In this document: piece by piece, positions 18,931 through 28,457 of the stretch
Numbering within the stretch: position 1 is the first letter of the stretch
How the letters are laid out: each line of letters begins with the position of its first letter
Virus record (IMG/VR): IMGVR_UViG_3300043399_000676
Reading direction: 5' to 3' (one strand)
From: a virus
Taxonomy: Duplodnaviria; Heunggongvirae; Uroviricota; Caudoviricetes
DNA: 64,000 nucleotides
Notes under the pieces: generated by a model
Told to the model about the DNA's origin: nothing
Seen by the model: the letters and a program-made list of their open reading frames with translations, nothing else
Database searches by the model: none
Translations under genes and position numbers: made by a program

Positions 18931-19125
18931 TTATTTGGGGTAATTATCTAACGCATCCAACATGCAGTCTTCAGTAGATAAAATGTCTTGGTAGTCAGAT
19001 TTTCTTATGAGACTATCTTCTCCGAACTTTATGTTAGATGATTTCTTTTTGAAGATGTTATCCCAATTCTTGTCAAAGGTTTTTTGGTCGACGGCAAAAG
19101 GTCTAGGTGATGATCCCTTACTCAT
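18931..19125 (-). CDS. Hypothetical protein
   Basis: SD AAGGAG; MSKGSSPRPF...NWDNIF. Confidence 0.7.
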   Translation of the reverse strand: MSKGSSPRPFAVDQKTFDKNWDNIFKKKSSNIKFGEDSLIRKSDYQDILSTEDCMLDALDNYPK

Positions 19126-19140
19126 AGTTTCTCCTTAATG

Positions 19141-19467
19141 TTAGTTTTTTTCAGCTTCCAGTCTGCGGAAGTGTTCGATGTATTGCTTTGCGTTTCTATC
19201 TATTTCTTCTTGCACTGATTTTGGTTGAATCTTAATCAGTTCAAGGGTTTTGGCATGCATCTGTATTATCTCATCTTTATGCCTGCGAATTTCTTCTTCG
19301 GTTTTCTTTAGTTTTTCGTATGTCTCAACAAACTTGGCATAGCGTTCATCTATCTTGACTATGCCATATACCCCAGACACAAACAAGAAAATCATCACTG
19401 CTAGCTGCTGGCTAGTGAACCCTTTTATCGTATCCAAGACTTTAGTTACAAGGTCTATATTAATCAT
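19141..19467 (-). CDS. Membrane-anchored coiled-coil protein (start re-called at MINIDL)
   Basis: 4-nt overlap with upstream gene; one hydrophobic segment then coiled coil. Confidence 0.6.
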   Translation of the reverse strand: MINIDLVTKVLDTIKGFTSQQLAVMIFLFVSGVYGIVKIDERYAKFVETYEKLKKTEEEIRRHKDEIIQMHAKTLELIKIQPKSVQEEIDRNAKQYIEHFRRLEAEKN

Positions 19468-19667
19468 TGGTTTGCAATGAACCCTGTCATTGGTCCTCTT
19501 GGCGTCATGATCGAGCATGTACTGCCAACTGGCTGAAATGGAACGTATGACCAACCCATTGAGGTCATGCATATATTACCTTCCCAAGTTCTGGTATACG
19601 GGTTAAGCTGAACCGCAGCAAAACTAGAAGAACAGGCAAGTAGTAATGATAACAATACAATACGCAT
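19464..19667 (-). CDS. Small secreted protein (start re-called at MRIVLL)
   Basis: Signal-peptide-like N-terminus; TAAATA just upstream. Confidence 0.6.
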   Translation of the reverse strand: MRIVLLSLLLACSSSFAAVQLNPYTRTWEGNICMTSMGWSYVPFQPVGSTCSIMTPRGPMTGFIANQ

Positions 19668-19692
19668 GAATATATTTATCTTAATAATCAAG

Positions 19693-20613
19693 CTAATTAC
19701 TATCGTTTAGTTTTTTATCAAAAAAGTCACCGTATTGATTAAAATCAAACGCATAAAATTCTCCCTTAATGTAAATTTCATTGTTTGAGAGAATTGCGTC
19801 TGCTAACCCATCTTTCCTAAAACGATAAGCTGAGGCTGTAGCAATCGCAGTTTCCACATCTAATACGGGATTTGGTATCTTAGTCCATCTATTTATATCA
19901 CTTAATATCTTAATTTGATCTGCGTTAAACTTGAACTTAGGATCAGAAACAAGAGTACGATATTTTTGATAATAGCTAAACATAGACTCCAAGTAAGCTT
20001 TAGTTTTGAACTTAGATCCTTTGCGAAGCATTTCCTTCATTTTAACAGTTTCAAAATAGATTTTATCTAATAGTCTCAGAATTTCAGGACTTTCCCCTGT
20101 TGAGGCGGCGGCAATTGCGTCAGAGAACGAGTTAAAAAATGAGTAGACTGCACTTTCTAATTTCAAAAAGTCTGGGTTTAGTTCCATTGAGTTAACTAAA
20201 AAAGATTCTGGATTGGGTTTTGACATTGCGAAGTCTTCGAAGAAATCCCTAAACTTCTCACTCCAAGTAAAACTAAAACCATTGATTGGAAATATCAGGT
20301 ATATTTTACCATCTCCGTATTGGTTTGCCGTCAATATTTCACCAGTTACAAAAATAGAGTTGCCCCTGAGAGCTTCGAACCCACTTAATTTAAGTACTTT
20401 ATCAACTAAAGTTTGCATTGGTTTAGATGTATCTTTTGGGTCTCTATTCCCAGTCATATACTTTTTACCAGGCTCGTAGTCTCCCTTGTAACCTCTAAAT
20501 ATTGGGTTTCCGCCGGCGCCGCGAATAGCACTCACCGAATCAGAACATTCGGTTTCCACCTTGTTCCAAAAATCTTCGTTTGTTTCTTTTACTACTTCAA
20601 ATAACTTAACCAT
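19693..20613 (-). CDS. ADP-ribosyltransferase-like paralog, detached copy (start re-called at MVKLFEVV)
   Basis: IFRG...ALRGNSIFVTG...YG...NEIYIKG; TAAATA at 20619-20624. Confidence 0.65.
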   Translation of the reverse strand: MVKLFEVVKETNEDFWNKVETECSDSVSAIRGAGGNPIFRGYKGDYEPGKKYMTGNRDPKDTSKPMQTLVDKVLKLSGFEALRGNSIFVTGEILTANQYGDGKIYLIFPINGFSFTWSEKFRDFFEDFAMSKPNPESFLVNSMELNPDFLKLESAVYSFFNSFSDAIAAASTGESPEILRLLDKIYFETVKMKEMLRKGSKFKTKAYLESMFSYYQKYRTLVSDPKFKFNADQIKILSDINRWTKIPNPVLDVETAIATASAYRFRKDGLADAILSNNEIYIKGEFYAFDFNQYGDFFDKKLNDSN

Positions 20614-20667
20614 AGTACTATTTAGTAAAAGTACCAAACTTAGGTGCAGTGTAGACTAGGACGAGCC

Positions 20668-22116
20668 TTATTTTTCAATGATTACTACTGAGTGCCCCCA
20701 CAGCATCTTAATATACTCCAGTACTGTTGCTTTGCTCTTATGTAACTTAGCATTGTTTACTGGAGTATATTTCAGTCTTAGCTCTCTGCTACCTTTAAGG
20801 TCTGCATCAAACACCTGAATGTTTGGTTGATAAGCTGATAGGCTATACTGGCTACTCAATGTCTGTCTGATTCTGTCATAGTACCTGTTATCTTGAATGC
20901 CAGTTACTTCGACGTACTCATCATCTTCATTGTTAGTAATTTCAAACAGTTTCCATTTACGCATTATGGTTGGACTGAGGAACTGTTGAATAAAACTTTC
21001 GTCACGATAGTTTTCTACTGCATACAAACATTCATCAAGCCAGTTCTTTCCAACTAGGTGAGGGAAGTATTCTTCGTCTTCAGCAGTAGGAAACTCACAA
21101 ATTCTGCGAATGTCACTAAACATATCGAACCCAAGTGCATATGGATTATATCCATTGTAATACTTGTGATCATATGGCAACTGAGTCAGTACACCTGAGT
21201 GGCTGTGTATAAATTCTAGATAACTACCATCACTAATAAGACCTTTTTCCCAAAGTCTATTCATGATGTAATAGTGAGTGAAGCTAGCCCAACCCTCGTT
21301 CATCACTTTAGTCTGACGTTGTGGGTAGAAGTATTGACTAATCTTACGAACAATACGAACGATTTCACGTTGCCAAGACTCAAGAATAGGACTATGTTTC
21401 TCTATGAAGTACATAATGTTTTCTTGCGGTTCTTCAGGAAACTGCTTTGATACCCTAGACTCTTGTGTTTTCTTTTTAGGGAGTGTACTCCAAAGTTCGT
21501 TAGCCTGTTGCTGCACTAACTCTTCTCTTTGTTTTTGACGTTCCTCTTCTTTTTCTTTGCTTAACTTTGAGGGTCTTTTGTACTTGTCGATGCCATAATC
21601 CATGATAGCATGGCAAGCATCCAATGTATTTTCTACAGCTTCGTACCCATATTTCTCTTCGCACTTTGCAATGTAGTTCTTGGCAAAGTTCATGTAGTCA
21701 ACGATGCCTTCTGCGTCAGTCCATTGCTTGAACAGGTAATTGTTCTTAAAGAAATGATTATGCCCATATGCAGCGTGAGCAATTACTAATGCCTGCATCG
21801 TCATCGAATTTTCTTCCATCAGATAACTGATACACGGAGAAGAGTTAATTACGATTTCATACGCTAGTCCTTGATATCCTTTACGATAACTGTATTGCTG
21901 TTGTATGAAGTGTTTACCAAAGCTCCAATGATTGTACATAAGTGGAAGACCATGTGAAGCATACGCTTCTAACATTTGATCCGATCCTATGATTTCAATC
22001 TGATTGGGATACGTGTTTAGTTTCAATTCATCGAACGCGATTTCTGCAATAGCTTCATCTGCTATTTTTAGACGCTCAAACGTCCAATCATTACCTTCCC
22101 ATAGTAGCTTTGACAT
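20668..22116 (-). CDS. ycgB: SpoVR/YcgB family protein
   Basis: YPNQIEII, YNHWSFGK, GLAYEIVINSSPCI, HAAYGHNHFFKNN, TKVMNEGWASF. Confidence 0.95.
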   Translation of the reverse strand: MSKLLWEGNDWTFERLKIADEAIAEIAFDELKLNTYPNQIEIIGSDQMLEAYASHGLPLMYNHWSFGKHFIQQQYSYRKGYQGLAYEIVINSSPCISYLMEENSMTMQALVIAHAAYGHNHFFKNNYLFKQWTDAEGIVDYMNFAKNYIAKCEEKYGYEAVENTLDACHAIMDYGIDKYKRPSKLSKEKEEERQKQREELVQQQANELWSTLPKKKTQESRVSKQFPEEPQENIMYFIEKHSPILESWQREIVRIVRKISQYFYPQRQTKVMNEGWASFTHYYIMNRLWEKGLISDGSYLEFIHSHSGVLTQLPYDHKYYNGYNPYALGFDMFSDIRRICEFPTAEDEEYFPHLVGKNWLDECLYAVENYRDESFIQQFLSPTIMRKWKLFEITNNEDDEYVEVTGIQDNRYYDRIRQTLSSQYSLSAYQPNIQVFDADLKGSRELRLKYTPVNNAKLHKSKATVLEYIKMLWGHSVVIIEK

Positions 22117-22127
22117 AACAATTCCTT

Positions 22128-22838
22128 TTAGGGTATTATTGGTTTACCGCTGATTTTACTAACCGCGATTAGGTGCCCACTACCAGTAACATATACACCA
22201 GTTTTTCTAGTAGCGAGATATTGATCTCTAGTATCAACTGTAGCAGCTTTGGCTATTCTTCCTGCCTTATAAGGATAAGATCCCCAATTCTTAGGCCACA
22301 TTAACTGCTCACCTGACTTTAAAAAGTTAGCTAGGTTTTCTTCTGTAGCCGACTGTTTGCTCATTGCAACGAAGTCATATTTCCCCTCACTAGCATTAGA
22401 CAAAAATTCTGTAAGGGCATTGGAAGTAAATCCTATGTTCTGGAACGAATTGTCCTTAGCAGTCTTTAATAAACGATTGAATATTGAATCATTTGGGTCG
22501 ACTCCAACTCGTTGAACTCTATTATTTTCATCGACGTTAGAAAACAAAACATATAACCACTTGTAATCATTTGGGTCTATGTCATTAGCTACCTGATCAT
22601 CCCAGCTTCCTTTATAATTGTCTATTTGACCTTTAGTTAATGGAGCGTCTGTACCGTTGCCTTCATACCAAGCACCGTATTTTTTGGCTATCATTTGAAC
22701 ACGTTGAAGAGTTTCAGGAGATAATTGTAATGGTTTCCCGTGCGCCTGTCCTACTACTACCGCGTTATCATTTAGAAATATTGCACCTATGCTAGATGAT
22801 GCGTTTTCAAAAAGAGGTAATATCTCACTTATCTTCAT
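22128..22838 (-). CDS. Hypothetical protein with MKISEI N-terminus inserted between yeaH and ycgB
   Basis: VVGQAHG and VTGSGHL resemble TraB/TIKI-like motifs (weak). Confidence 0.65.
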   Translation of the reverse strand: MKISEILPLFENASSSIGAIFLNDNAVVVGQAHGKPLQLSPETLQRVQMIAKKYGAWYEGNGTDAPLTKGQIDNYKGSWDDQVANDIDPNDYKWLYVLFSNVDENNRVQRVGVDPNDSIFNRLLKTAKDNSFQNIGFTSNALTEFLSNASEGKYDFVAMSKQSATEENLANFLKSGEQLMWPKNWGSYPYKAGRIAKAATVDTRDQYLATRKTGVYVTGSGHLIAVSKISGKPIIP

Positions 22839-22840
22839 GC

Positions 22841-24097
22841 TTACCTCGCTTCTTGTTTAGCAAACAACTCTCTGAACACTAGCCAAATGTCTTTCACTTC
22901 AGTGACTGTTCGCATGGCCAAATGTGAGTATTTTTCTCGTAATGGATCATATGTATCCCATAGTTCAGTGTTTAGGCTGTTTGCGTAATACAAGTTCTCT
23001 ATTTCGACGTAGGCAAAATACTGAACTAAGGGCAATAACTTTTCAAGTGCAATCACTGTGTCTTCGCCGTCATTGGAAAAGTTGTCCCCATCAGATGCCT
23101 GACTGACAAAAATATTCCAGTCATCGACGTTATATCGTTCTTTGATAATTTCCAAAGCTAAGTTTAGTCCAGAACTAACAACAGTTCCGCCGCTTTCTCT
23201 ACTATGGAAGAAATCTTCTTCATCTACTTCTTTAGCAGACTCATGGTGTCGAATAAAGATTACATCTACCTTTTCATACTTTCTTCTTAGGAACATGTGC
23301 AAGAAAAAGAAGAAACGCTTGGCTAAATCTTTTTCTCTCTGTCCCATACTACCAGATACGTCCATGATACAAATCATGACTGCTTTGGTAATTGGCTGCG
23401 GGGTAGGAGTGAAGTTTCTGTATCTTACATCAAATGGATCTAGCCAGGGAATAGCACGTTGCTTTCTCTTTAGCTCTTCAAGTCGTAGCAAGAGTTCCTT
23501 TGCTTTATACTCGTTGCATGTCTTAAGCTGTTCTTCAATTTCAAGAATTTCTTCATTCTTAGGACGCTTGAGTCCTATTCTTCTTCCTAAGCTATTCTTA
23601 AGACTTCGTACAACATCTAACTGACTTGGATTGCCTACATTAGTAAAGCCCGCTCTCTTAGGCTTTACCTTTGTAATGTCTTTCATTTGTTTTTTAACTA
23701 GATCAGGTAACTCTAAGTCTTCGAAGATGAAGTCAAGGTACTCATCTGGATTAAGTACAAACTCAAAGTCATCTTCTCCTTCACCTAGTCCACCCTTTGA
23801 TCCTCCGCCACCTTCTTCATCCTCAGGCTTTTTTTGCCTGTCGCCGACAACGTGTTCTTTGTTGCCGGGTAGCACATACTTCTTATCACCTGTCTTTGAG
23901 TTAATACCGAACGATGGTTCGCCAATACCTTTGACCTTAACTTTTACCTTTCCGTTTTCGATATCAGCAATGTTTCCATTGTCTATTGATTCTTTTACCG
24001 CTTCCTTTATCTGTGCCTTACTTCGCTTGATAAACTTTTGACGATTCTTAATCGTCTTATCTTTTGGATTCAGTCTTCGGTCAATGATATTAGCCAT
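22841..24097 (-). CDS. yeaH: YeaH/YhbH (DUF444) vWA protein
   Basis: IIDRRLN, MDVSGSM, ESGGTVVSS, QASDGDN. Confidence 0.95.
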   Translation of the reverse strand: MANIIDRRLNPKDKTIKNRQKFIKRSKAQIKEAVKESIDNGNIADIENGKVKVKVKGIGEPSFGINSKTGDKKYVLPGNKEHVVGDRQKKPEDEEGGGGSKGGLGEGEDDFEFVLNPDEYLDFIFEDLELPDLVKKQMKDITKVKPKRAGFTNVGNPSQLDVVRSLKNSLGRRIGLKRPKNEEILEIEEQLKTCNEYKAKELLLRLEELKRKQRAIPWLDPFDVRYRNFTPTPQPITKAVMICIMDVSGSMGQREKDLAKRFFFFLHMFLRRKYEKVDVIFIRHHESAKEVDEEDFFHSRESGGTVVSSGLNLALEIIKERYNVDDWNIFVSQASDGDNFSNDGEDTVIALEKLLPLVQYFAYVEIENLYYANSLNTELWDTYDPLREKYSHLAMRTVTEVKDIWLVFRELFAKQEAR

Positions 24098-24108
24098 CTA
24101 GCTTTCCT

Positions 24109-26055
24109 TTAAGAACTCTTACGAACTCTCTGATACCAGTCACACAAACGTCTTACTTGTCTTTCGGTGTATCCTAGACCAATCATTCTGGTCACAAAGT
24201 CGTTGTGCTTCTTCTCAAGTTCTTTATCCTTCTTGCTATCAAAACTGATGACTGGTAGAAGGTCTTCTACTTGACTAAACATTCTCTTTTCAATAACGTC
24301 ACGAAGAACTGAGTAGCTAGTCCAAGCAGGATTCTTTCCACCGTTCTCGGGTTTAGCTCTTGCTCTTAGGCAGAAGTTGACTACTTCGTTTCTAAAATCT
24401 TTTGGATTAGAAATCCCTGCAGGCTTCTCGATCTTCTCAAGCTCTGAGTTCAGCAAAGCCCTATCCATCATTAGTCCAGTATCTGGATCTTTGAATTCAA
24501 TGTTCTGAATCCATGCATCAGCAAAATCTACATAGCGATCAAACAAGTTTTGCCCATAGTCACTATATGATTCTAGATATGCACGTTGAATAGAATTACC
24601 TAGAAACTCTGCATATCTAGTAGACAACTCACTCTTAATAAAATCAAGATACTTTTGTTCACGATCTGATCCAAACTGTTCACGCTTAATTGCGTTCTCA
24701 AGTACAAACATTAGATGTACGGGGTCTGCTGCGATTTCTTCTGGAGTGAAGTTAAAGGTCTGACTTAGAATCTTGTAAGCAAATCGAGTTGAAATGCCAT
24801 CCATACCCTCATCTACACCTGCAACATCGTGATATTCCTGAATAGACTTTGCTTTAGGATCACTGTCACGAATGTTTTCTCCATTGTAGACTCGCATCTT
24901 ACTAAAGAGGGTGCTATTTTCATGTTCACGAAGTCTAGTCAATACACTAAACTGTGCTAGCATTTCGACTGTCTGAGGAGCACAAGGTGCTGCACCTAGG
25001 CCCGAACTCTTGATCATTTTTTCGTAAATCTTAACTTCTTCGTCAACACGCAAGCAATACGGTACCTTGACAACGCATATCCTGTCAAGAAACGCTTCGT
25101 TGTTTTTGTTGTTTCTAAAGGTTTGCCATTCACTTTCGTTAGAGTGGGCAAGAACAATTCCTTGAAACGGTATAGCAGAGATTGCTTCTGTACCGACATA
25201 GTTTCCCTCCTGTGTGGCTGTAAGTAGAGGATGTAGCACTTTGATAGGAGCCTTAAACATCTCTACGAATTCAAGTAGGCCTTGATTAGCTCTGTTCAAT
25301 CCACCGCTATAGCTATAGGCATCAGTATCATTTTGGCTGTATTGTTCTAGTTTACGAATATCAACCTTACCAACTAGGGTACTGATGTCTTGGTTGTTTT
25401 CATCACCAGGCTCAGTCTTCATGACTGCAATTTGCTCTAGTTTACTAGGCATTAACTTAACTACTCGGAACTTAGTGATGTCACCATTGAATTCTTTTAG
25501 CCTCTTCATAGCCCACGGACTCATGATGCTATTGAGATAGCGTCCTTCTATTCCATATTGTTCAAACAAATGTTCTCTGAACTGTGGTACTGAAGAGAAC
25601 AGCCCTAGTGGACTTTCGAATACAGGACTAATCTCACCTGTTTCAGTTGCTAGTGCATAGATAGGGTTGAGCTCCATCAACTCCTTAAGGCGTTCAGCAA
25701 GTGATGACTTACCGCCACCAACTGGTCCTAGTAGGTATAGAATTTGTTTACGTTCTTCTAGTCCTTGTGCTGCATGTCTGAAGTACCCTACAATACGTTC
25801 GATTGCATCTTCCATACCATAGAACTCTTTGAATGCTGGGTACATTCTTACTGTACGATTAGTGAAGATTCTGCTTAGACGAGAATCTTTGCTAGTGTCC
25901 ACTAGCTCTGGCTCACCAATCGCTGCAATCATTCGTTCTGCGGCTGTGGCGTAAGCCATCTTGTCACTTTTGCATAGGTCAAGATACTCATCTATGGTCA
26001 TAGACTTGTATGCGGTCTTTTCAAAATTACTTTTGAATAAATTGGATATTGACAT
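24109..26055 (-). CDS. yeaG: PrkA/YeaG AAA+ serine kinase
   Basis: GLEERKQILYLLGPVGGGKSSLAE, EFVEMFKAPIKVLHPLL, NNEAFLDR. Confidence 0.96.
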   Translation of the reverse strand: MSISNLFKSNFEKTAYKSMTIDEYLDLCKSDKMAYATAAERMIAAIGEPELVDTSKDSRLSRIFTNRTVRMYPAFKEFYGMEDAIERIVGYFRHAAQGLEERKQILYLLGPVGGGKSSLAERLKELMELNPIYALATETGEISPVFESPLGLFSSVPQFREHLFEQYGIEGRYLNSIMSPWAMKRLKEFNGDITKFRVVKLMPSKLEQIAVMKTEPGDENNQDISTLVGKVDIRKLEQYSQNDTDAYSYSGGLNRANQGLLEFVEMFKAPIKVLHPLLTATQEGNYVGTEAISAIPFQGIVLAHSNESEWQTFRNNKNNEAFLDRICVVKVPYCLRVDEEVKIYEKMIKSSGLGAAPCAPQTVEMLAQFSVLTRLREHENSTLFSKMRVYNGENIRDSDPKAKSIQEYHDVAGVDEGMDGISTRFAYKILSQTFNFTPEEIAADPVHLMFVLENAIKREQFGSDREQKYLDFIKSELSTRYAEFLGNSIQRAYLESYSDYGQNLFDRYVDFADAWIQNIEFKDPDTGLMMDRALLNSELEKIEKPAGISNPKDFRNEVVNFCLRARAKPENGGKNPAWTSYSVLRDVIEKRMFSQVEDLLPVISFDSKKDKELEKKHNDFVTRMIGLGYTERQVRRLCDWYQRVRKSS

Positions 26056-26091
26056 GGATACTCCTAATATGTTTTATTTAGTTTACTGCGC

Positions 26092-26877
26092 TCAGTTGAT
26101 GTTTAAAACTAGGCATTTTGCCGCACCACCAGATTTTATGAATTCGCTCAATTCAAACTCATGCACGGTGTATCCTACAGAACGCAATTGATTTGCTACG
26201 GTGGTATTATTGGGAATAAACAAGTGTTCACCTATCCCTACGCAGTTACACCCGAATCTTAGTGCATCGCCTGTAGATACGGTTATACTATCTGAAAAAG
26301 ACCTGTAAATCAAGTCCTGACTACTCTTTGAGAACGCATTTGGGTACCACATTAATCCACCATTTGGCAGTGGACAAAAACAAGTATCCAAGTGATACCA
26401 CCTTGGATCAACTAATTCAAGTACATTGATGTGCTTTCTTAGAATATGTTCTAATTCGTAAGACACTAATCGATTAGTTCTAAACCCAGAACCTAACCAA
26501 TGCCTTCCTTTTGAGTCAACGATATGATCACCTTCTCCCTCATATGGCAAGGCAGGTTGGATCACGTTAAATCCATTGTTTTGAAACCATTCACGAAAAA
26601 TAGGCTCTTCGCCTGTTCGTTCTAAATTTGTAAACCTAGAAAGAACCACTACATCACCATGCACTGAACCCGCGTTTGCAGTAAAAACCAAATCAGGAAG
26701 TCCAGGTACACCTTTGACTAATTTCACAATAGCAATTTTACTCAATGCTTCAAACAAAGCGAACCATCCTGATTGAGCCAAATGATTGTCCACCTTTCCT
26801 ATATGAGATGTCATCCAAGGATTAATATCATATGAAACTTCAAAATGTTTTGGATCACACATTAAAACTGTTTTCAT
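26092..26877 (-). CDS. Amidinotransferase (DDAH/arginine deiminase-like)
   Basis: LPDLVFTANAG, EGEGD, YHLDTCF, KSGGAAKCL. Confidence 0.9.
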   Translation of the reverse strand: MKTVLMCDPKHFEVSYDINPWMTSHIGKVDNHLAQSGWFALFEALSKIAIVKLVKGVPGLPDLVFTANAGSVHGDVVVLSRFTNLERTGEEPIFREWFQNNGFNVIQPALPYEGEGDHIVDSKGRHWLGSGFRTNRLVSYELEHILRKHINVLELVDPRWYHLDTCFCPLPNGGLMWYPNAFSKSSQDLIYRSFSDSITVSTGDALRFGCNCVGIGEHLFIPNNTTVANQLRSVGYTVHEFELSEFIKSGGAAKCLVLNIN

Positions 26878-26929
26878 TAACTCACCTTAAAATACAGCGG
26901 TATTTAGACATCAACGTTTTTAATGAACA

Positions 26930-27160
26930 TTATTTTCGTCGTTTACGCCAAGTGTACGCGATCCCATCTGGACATAATCCATTCTCCACAGAATCAACAC
27001 CAGTCTTTCCTATTTGATTAGGGTTCTCGCTTACCATTGTTACGAAACTCATTCCTCTCTTACGAAAAGTTTCTGTTACTGAAAGTGCATCACTTAACAC
27101 ATCACAATCCCAATTATAGCACTTATTATCAATTGGATCAGTGTAATAAACCTTATACAT
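26930..27160 (-). CDS. Hypothetical protein
   Basis: 76 aa ORF preceded by TAAATA. Confidence 0.7.
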   Translation of the reverse strand: MYKVYYTDPIDNKCYNWDCDVLSDALSVTETFRKRGMSFVTMVSENPNQIGKTGVDSVENGLCPDGIAYTWRKRRK

Positions 27161-27172
27161 ATTTTATTTAGT

Positions 27173-27248
27173 TGGCGCGCCTCGAGGGAGTCGAACCCCC
27201 ACAAACTGGTTTCGAAGACCAGGACTCTATCCATTAAGCTAGAGGCGC
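27173..27248 (-). tRNA. tRNA-Arg(TCG)
   Basis: Cloverleaf, loop CT-TCG-AA, CCA. Confidence 0.92.
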
Positions 27249-27250
27249 AA

Positions 27251-27436
27251 TTAAAGGACTAGCATTGCCCAGCAAATAAAGAAAATAATTACGAGAACAA
27301 TCTTCCAAACTGGAATACTAAAGTTAAACTTAACTGTTTGCTTCTGAGGAGTAAAGTTACTATTGAATACTGGATACCTCTTCTGATTACTAAATTTGAC
27401 TTGCTTAGTTTTACGACCAAGGTTGCGAGTTTTCAT
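27251..27436 (-). CDS. Small basic protein with C-terminal membrane anchor (start re-called)
   Basis: SD AGGA before MKTRNLGRK. Confidence 0.5.
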   Translation of the reverse strand: MKTRNLGRKTKQVKFSNQKRYPVFNSNFTPQKQTVKFNFSIPVWKIVLVIIFFICWAMLVL

Positions 27437-27693
27437 TCTATTCCTAAAGCTGAGTTGTTGGAATGGTGTCAAGGTTTTCGTACTTGACACTGGGTCGAGG
27501 GATGTCCCAGACGGCAGATGCATGAACCCACCTAATATAGTATGCCACCGTAACGTCAGGGTGGTACGCATCGTCGCTCTTTGGCGGCTCCTTCCTCGGT
27601 TTTGTTACCATATTGAAACACACTAGGCGCACACACAGCGACTACAACTGCACCACCAGCTTGAGTCCTCATAGTGTTAAGTGTGCTTCAATA

Positions 27694-27819
27694 TGGTAGT
27701 TGGTGCTGATCTCCAACTTGATTGCACTGCTACGTCCTGTTTCCTGACGCTACCCTAAACGATGGTCTGGGCCTGCAATCCGCATAACCAGCTACTGCGT
27801 ATCAGCCTACGCATTTACC
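27694..27819 (-). ncRNA. Unnamed CCA-ending structured RNA with kissing loops
   Basis: GGTA...TACC-A ends; GCGTA-GGCTGA-TACGC and GTTGG-AGATCAGCA-CCAAC loops are complementary. Confidence 0.65.
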
Positions 27820-27893
27820 ATATTGAAACATATTCTGTCGCCGTTTTCGCATACGCTGGTAACGACCAAGACCTCAAAGAATATGTTTCAATA

Positions 27894-28029
27894 TGGTGCC
27901 AGTCTTTCCTGGCTGTCATCTAAGTTTCTTTTTGATACTATTGCCTGCCCACGGATTTAGCTAGCTTACCGTGCTGCTCATACTGGACGCAACTTAGAGA
28001 AGAGACCGCTGCTCTTACTGGCTTTCACC
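27894..28029 (-). ncRNA. Unnamed CCA-ending structured RNA
   Basis: GGTG...CACC-A ends; AAGAG/CTCTT, TCTAAGTT/AACTTAGA, CACGG/CCGTG and GCCAG-GAAAGA-CTGGC helices. Confidence 0.6.
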
Positions 28030-28262
28030 ATATTGAAACACACTGGTACTTCCCTTCAAAGGGGCAGGAAGTTTATGGCTGTTGCCCCACTCCGATACCA
28101 ACCAATGTGTTTTAATATAGTGTCACTCTCCTGACCACTTTTAACGGAGGGGGTAGAGCCTCGAGTGACTTGTCAAAGACAGGCTTTATTCCTGGTTGCA
28201 ACCATATTGAAGTAGACTGTTAAGTGGCCGTTTGTTCAACGGAATTCTTTTTCGCACTCAAT

Positions 28263-28436
28263 CTACTTTAATATGGTAACGCCTTGTTCTTCTAACTTCT
28301 TCCTGAACTCATTCCTTGCATGAAGATACCATGCCCAGTTACCCATGAATCCATCTATGCTTGTAGGCTTATCCAAATTAGCGTAATACTCTTTAAACTG
28401 CTTTTCAAACTCGGCGAGCGTTATTGTTTTGTTCAT
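28263..28436 (-). CDS. 57-aa hypothetical protein (not in ORF track)
   Basis: MNKTITLAEFEKQF...GVTILK; SD GAGGT; last codons form a hairpin arm. Confidence 0.65.
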   Translation of the reverse strand: MNKTITLAEFEKQFKEYYANLDKPTSIDGFMGNWAWYLHARNEFRKKLEEQGVTILK

Positions 28437-28457
28437 AGATACCTCTTGTTATTAGTC

